Shown here: positions 28,180-32,000 of the stretch, piece after piece | Numbering within the stretch: position 1 is the first letter of the stretch | How the letters are laid out: each line of letters starts with the position of its first letter | From: Thermodesulfobacteriota bacterium | Lineage (GTDB): Bacteria > Desulfobacterota > WTBG01 > JAGOGO01 | NCBI GenBank assembly: GCA_026625185.1 | Contig: CP113000.1 | Span: 2,772,651-2,804,650, forward strand | Reading direction: 5' to 3' | Length of the DNA: 32,000 nt | Translations under genes and position numbers: made by a program | Notes under the pieces: generated by a model | Seen by the model: the letters and a program-made list of their open reading frames with translations, nothing else | Databases searched by the model: none | Told to the model about the DNA's origin: nothing

Positions 28180-28868
28180 TCATCTCTACTTCCTAATAAG
28201 CCGGCGCGTAGCAAAAAATAAATTAATTGAAGAATAGCCGCGGCTGCTGCGGCCACATAGGTCATCGCGGCAGCAGTTAAAACTTTTCGTGAACCATCAA
28301 TTTCATATTCACTTACTAACCCACTGGTCCTCAAGGCTGCCAAAGCTCGTCTACTGGCGTTAAATTCAACCGGCAGAGTAATCAATTGAAACAGGACGAC
28401 TCCGGAAAATAAAAGAACCCCCCATTTTAACATCATCATGGATTGTAAAAAAAATCCGATAAAAAGAAGCGGCCAGGCCAGATTTGAACCAATGCTTGCC
28501 ACCGGCACCAAAAGAGAACGCAAATGGAGGGGAGCATAACCTTGAGCGTGTTGAAGGGCATGCCCGGCTTCATGGGCAGCCACCCCAATGGCAGCCAAAG
28601 AATTGCTTCGATAAACATCAGGAGAAAGACGTAATGATTTTGTCCTCGGGTCATAATGATCCCCTAAAAATCCGGTGGTTTCCTCTATGGAAACATTCTC
28701 AATTCCGTTTCTTTTTAAAATATTATACGCTGCTTTTGCCCCCGAATAACCGGATCGACTGGTTATTTTTGAATATTTTGAAAATGACCCCTTTACCCAT
28801 AATTGTGCTAAAATGGAAATAAGTAAAGCTGGAGCCATAAAAAGAAGATACAAAGGATCAAAAAACAT
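28176..28868 (-). CDS. Zinc metallopeptidase, YugP-like (Zn_peptidase_2 family)
   Basis: 230 aa. HEAGHALQH (HExxH), N- and C-terminal TM helices, GGAGG RBS. Confidence 0.85.
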   Translation of the reverse strand: MFFDPLYLLFMAPALLISILAQLWVKGSFSKYSKITSRSGYSGAKAAYNILKRNGIENVSIEETTGFLGDHYDPRTKSLRLSPDVYRSNSLAAIGVAAHEAGHALQHAQGYAPLHLRSLLVPVASIGSNLAWPLLFIGFFLQSMMMLKWGVLLFSGVVLFQLITLPVEFNASRRALAALRTSGLVSEYEIDGSRKVLTAAAMTYVAAAAAAILQLIYFLLRAGLLGSRDD

Positions 28869-29117
28869 TGTCTGCCTCCTAAAATAAGTTTTATCTATAA
28901 AATAATCAGATTTGTTTTTATGTCAAGGCATATTGGGCCCTTCTTTATAAAGGATTAGACTATTTTTTATAACAATTGTTTTTAGAGCTAATCATAAAAA
29001 TTTATTGAGAAAAGGAAAAAATCATTGCTATTGTAAATTGAATGTTTTAAAATAATTTGTTTAAATTGATTAAAATGATATTTGAATCAATTAATAAAGT
29101 TAGAGAGGTCAAAAAGA

Positions 29118-29669
29118 ATGTTTGAGCTTGTTCCTAAAAAAATATTTTTAACTAAAGGAGTCGGTTTTAGCAAAGAACGGCTCGCCAGCTTTGAACAAGC
29201 TTTACAAGATGCGGGAGTTTCTCCTTTAAATTTAGTGGAGGTATCAAGTATTCTTCCCCCGGGATGCAAAGTAATTTCCAAAAAAGAGGGCATTAAATTG
29301 TTTAGGCCGGGTGAAATTGTTTTTTGTGTTTTGAGCAAAAATCAATCCAATGAAAACCGCCGAATGATTGCCGCCTCAGTTGGTCTTGCCATACCATCAA
29401 ATAAAAATGACTATGGCTATCTTTCAGAACATCATTCATTCGGAGAAACCAATCAAGAAGCGGGAGATTATGCAGAAGATTTGGCAGCCTCCATGTTGGC
29501 AAAATCTTTGGGGGTAGAATTCGACCTAGATGCAGCGTGGGATGAAAAAAAAGAAATTTACCGAATCAGCGGAAAAATTATCCAAACCCGCAACATCACC
29601 CAAACCGCGGTCTGTAAAAAAAATGGTTGGACCACCGTCTTATCTGCTGCCATCTTTTGTTTAGCATGA
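29118..29669 (+). CDS. pdaD: Pyruvoyl-dependent arginine decarboxylase
   Basis: MFELVPKKIFLTKGVG and the self-processing Ser-Ser site in LVEVSSILPPGC. GAGAGG RBS upstream of ATG 29118. The track's TTG 29082 start is an over-extension. Confidence 0.9.
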   Translation: MFELVPKKIFLTKGVGFSKERLASFEQALQDAGVSPLNLVEVSSILPPGCKVISKKEGIKLFRPGEIVFCVLSKNQSNENRRMIAASVGLAIPSNKNDYGYLSEHHSFGETNQEAGDYAEDLAASMLAKSLGVEFDLDAAWDEKKEIYRISGKIIQTRNITQTAVCKKNGWTTVLSAAIFCLA

Positions 29670-30541
29670 ATCCCTTAGTGTTTGGAGATACTCCGGAAGA
29701 ATTCAGAGGGTATGAACAAGCCCGGGCAGTCATTCTCCCCATACCGTACGAACAATCAACCAGCTATTTAAAAGGGACGGCTCAAGGACCACAAGCCATC
29801 CTTAATGCTGCCGGCCAGATTGAACTTTTCGATGAAAAAGTTAAAGTGGAACCATTCCGAATGGGGATTCATGTCCTGCCTTTTATGAAATTCAGTCCGG
29901 AGCCGGAAAAATTTATAAGCCGCGTAGAAACCGAAGTATTTTCTCATTTAAAACACAACAAACTTGTGATTATTTTGGGAGGGGAACATACCCTCACAGT
30001 CGGAGGAGTAAAGGCAGCTAAAAAACTTTTTCCTAACCTGGGGGTAGTCCAAATCGATGCCCATGCTGACCTTAGGGACTCGTACCAGAACAATCCCTTT
30101 AGTCATGCGTGTGCGATGCGCAGGGTTTTAGATTATGCCCCATTGTTTCAAATTGGCATTCGCAGCCTTTCCAAAGAAGAATTTACCCTAATTCAAGAAA
30201 AAAAAATTACTACCTTGTTTGGCCATGAACTTTCCGCTCGAAACCTGGACTTATTTTTTGCCAAACTCCCAGAAGACATTTACCTAACCATTGATTTGGA
30301 TGGCTTTGACCCGGCTGTGGTTCCTGGAGTTGGTAATCCTGAACCCGGAGGCTTAAACTGGGAAATGACCGATCATATCCTCGAACAAATAAGTTCCCGA
30401 TCAAAAATCCGGGCCTTTGATATCGTTGAATTACGTCCTTTAGCTGATGAGGCAAGGTCGGAGATTACGGCTGCACGACTCCTCTATAGAATTTTAGGTT
30501 ATTGTGCCCGAGATCAAGTTTTGCCGAATTTTGCGCTGTAA
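29666..30541 (+). CDS. speB: Agmatinase (ureohydrolase family)
   Basis: Mn-ligand motifs GGEHTLT, DAHADLRD and DLDGFDP. ATG 29666 overlaps the pdaD stop in the sequence ATGA. Confidence 0.93.
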   Translation: MNPLVFGDTPEEFRGYEQARAVILPIPYEQSTSYLKGTAQGPQAILNAAGQIELFDEKVKVEPFRMGIHVLPFMKFSPEPEKFISRVETEVFSHLKHNKLVIILGGEHTLTVGGVKAAKKLFPNLGVVQIDAHADLRDSYQNNPFSHACAMRRVLDYAPLFQIGIRSLSKEEFTLIQEKKITTLFGHELSARNLDLFFAKLPEDIYLTIDLDGFDPAVVPGVGNPEPGGLNWEMTDHILEQISSRSKIRAFDIVELRPLADEARSEITAARLLYRILGYCARDQVLPNFAL

Positions 30542-30667
30542 CGTTATCCAATTCTTTTCGTAAATAAAAACGAAGTAACGGAGCAGTGCTTTTTACCACT
30601 GTTAGCCGCATTCCATCACTCCAGTTTCCTATAATGCCGCCTTTGGCAAAAATGAAATATAAAACGG

Positions 30668-30895
30668 GTGATTAAGAAATATTTTAAATTGGTTATTGGC
30701 TATATTTTTATTGTATTAGGGATACTGGGACTTTTTCTCCCTTTTCTCCAAGGCATACTTTTTCTTGCCATTGGGGCAATGATCCTTTCCAAAGAAAGTC
30801 CAACATTTCATAAGCTAAAAGAAAAAATAAAAGCTAAATATCCAAAGCTCTATCATTCACTAAGATCACGCATAAAAAAAACGGATAAACAGTGA
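30668..30895 (+). CDS. Small membrane protein, YbaN/DUF454-like (75 aa)
   Basis: LGILGLFLPFLQGILFLAIGAMILSKESPTFHKL parallels E. coli YbaN [35 protein letters not shown] (recalled). GTG start with a weak RBS. Confidence 0.5.
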   Translation: MIKKYFKLVIGYIFIVLGILGLFLPFLQGILFLAIGAMILSKESPTFHKLKEKIKAKYPKLYHSLRSRIKKTDKQ

Positions 30896-30953
30896 AAAAC
30901 CGCATAATGGGTTAGGGGGAAATTTCAAGTGCTGGCCCTTTTGGTCGGTAGTC

Positions 30954-32000
30954 TCACGGCACCCCCTTGGACTTTAGAGCGGAAATGGCCAAGTCGGTCA
31001 TTTCCATAGCTTTTGGTGAACCTTCATAAATGGCCCTAATGGCCTCCTTAAAGAGTGATTCGAGAGCAGAATCACATTTGCCCCAACCCCTTACGACCTC
31101 CAGATATCCCCCTTCGGTGTAATGCTCTAGGAAAATTTTCGCCCGTTCCGCCCGAGAAAGGGACTGGAACTTGTCGATAATGTCCAGGATTCCTCCTTTT
31201 ATCCTGGAAAGAGGGCCTTTCACAGTGAAAAGAGGATTGGTCATCTGAAGGGTTTCTATGGTGCAATCGAATTCCAACCCTTCAAAAAGCAACTTTATCT
31301 CCTCCAGCAATTGGTCCTCCGAACAACTCTGAAATTCCCCTTGCCGCCACATCTCATAAAGGGGAGCTCCCTCCACCACCGCAAGGCTTCTCACTCTCAC
31401 CTCATCCGGTTGAATTTTGTTCAGGACGGTCACCGTATCTTCCATGTGTTTCCTGGACAGCTCACTTTTTGCACCTGCAAGACCCGGCATCACAAAAGCA
31501 GCCATGCGAATCCCTGCCTCTTTAAGCTTGAGTCCTCCACGCACATGCTCTTCAGCCGTAACCCCTTTATTCATGAACTTCAGCACCTCGTCACAACCCG
31601 ACTCGATGCCCACATAACACCACGACAGCCCTGCTTTGCGCAAGTCTTCCAGTTCCTGCGAAGACCTGCGCCCGGAGGTTACGGATCGGGCATAGGTTGA
31701 GATCGTCTGAATGTCGGGAAAAATATCTTTGAGATAAAGCAGAACCTCGGTGAGTGAACCCGCCTTTAAACCCAGGGCATTGGCGTCCTGCAAAAATACC
31801 TTTTTCCCGCCATAACGAAACCAGTTCGCCACATTTTGCAGGCTCCTAAAGGCGGCCCATTGAGGAGCAACGCCGCTACCCTCGTTGCCTTCAAGGACGA
31901 GACAGTCCCTCACAATCTGTCTGAGATTCTCCCGGGAGGTGCAGTTATGAAGACCCATTTTCCCGGAGTTCATCTCGATAAGGTCCCGCAATCGCCGCAC
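30954..32000 (-). CDS. Radical SAM domain protein (C-terminal ~348 aa; 5' end probably beyond the window)
   Basis: Core motifs YVGIESGCDEVLKFMNKG, AFVMPGL. No CxxxCxxC cluster appears in the visible part, so the true start is likely outside the window. Visibly GC-richer than its neighbours. Confidence 0.8.
   Translation of the reverse strand: MRRLRDLIEMNSGKMGLHNCTSRENLRQIVRDCLVLEGNEGSGVAPQWAAFRSLQNVANWFRYGGKKVFLQDANALGLKAGSLTEVLLYLKDIFPDIQTISTYARSVTSGRRSSQELEDLRKAGLSWCYVGIESGCDEVLKFMNKGVTAEEHVRGGLKLKEAGIRMAAFVMPGLAGAKSELSRKHMEDTVTVLNKIQPDEVRVRSLAVVEGAPLYEMWRQGEFQSCSEDQLLEEIKLLFEGLEFDCTIETLQMTNPLFTVKGPLSRIKGGILDIIDKFQSLSRAERAKIFLEHYTEGGYLEVVRGWGKCDSALESLFKEAIRAIYEGSPKAMEMTDLAISALKSKGVP

Overview
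About 32 kb of a low-GC bacterial chromosome. I saw no rRNA, tRNA or CRISPR array, and I cannot assign taxonomy from sequence alone. Most of the window is tightly packed housekeeping genes. On the + strand: plsC-like acyltransferase, guaA, dnaE, a UPF0280/ApbE-like gene, dapF, an acyl-CoA synthetase, a histidine kinase and pdaD-speB. On the - strand: a six-gene block guaB / YdjM-like hydrolase / phosphoesterase / radA / psd / recG. Five things are not ordinary. (1) A dispersed 105-142 bp intergenic element has inverted termini AACCCGTTAGAAA / TTTCTAACGGGGT, with four clear same-orientation copies at 749, 1721, 8552 and 26613. (2) A REP-associated tyrosine transposase (RAYT / IS200-like Y1 transposase) gene sits in a ~2 kb repeat-rich, largely ORF-free island (13245-15289). 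It has GTAG-prefixed GC-rich hairpins in its flank and, unusually, inside its own coding sequence, plus 3 x 21 bp in-frame tandem repeats. (3) A three-gene envelope glycosylation module: GT4, a GT-C/TMTC-like membrane transferase with C-terminal TPRs, and a convergent polyprenol-phosphate GT2. (4) An ArsB/NhaD/CitMHS-type permease is followed 19 nt downstream by an uncharacterised 193-aa soluble protein. (5) A small Cys-rich protein, an orphan kinase with an unassigned N-terminal domain, and a GC-richer radical SAM gene at the right edge. Many longest-ORF starts in the supplied track are over-extended, and one real gene (1-712, - strand) is missing from it. All calls come from reading the sequence and recalling family motifs. 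No database search was run.
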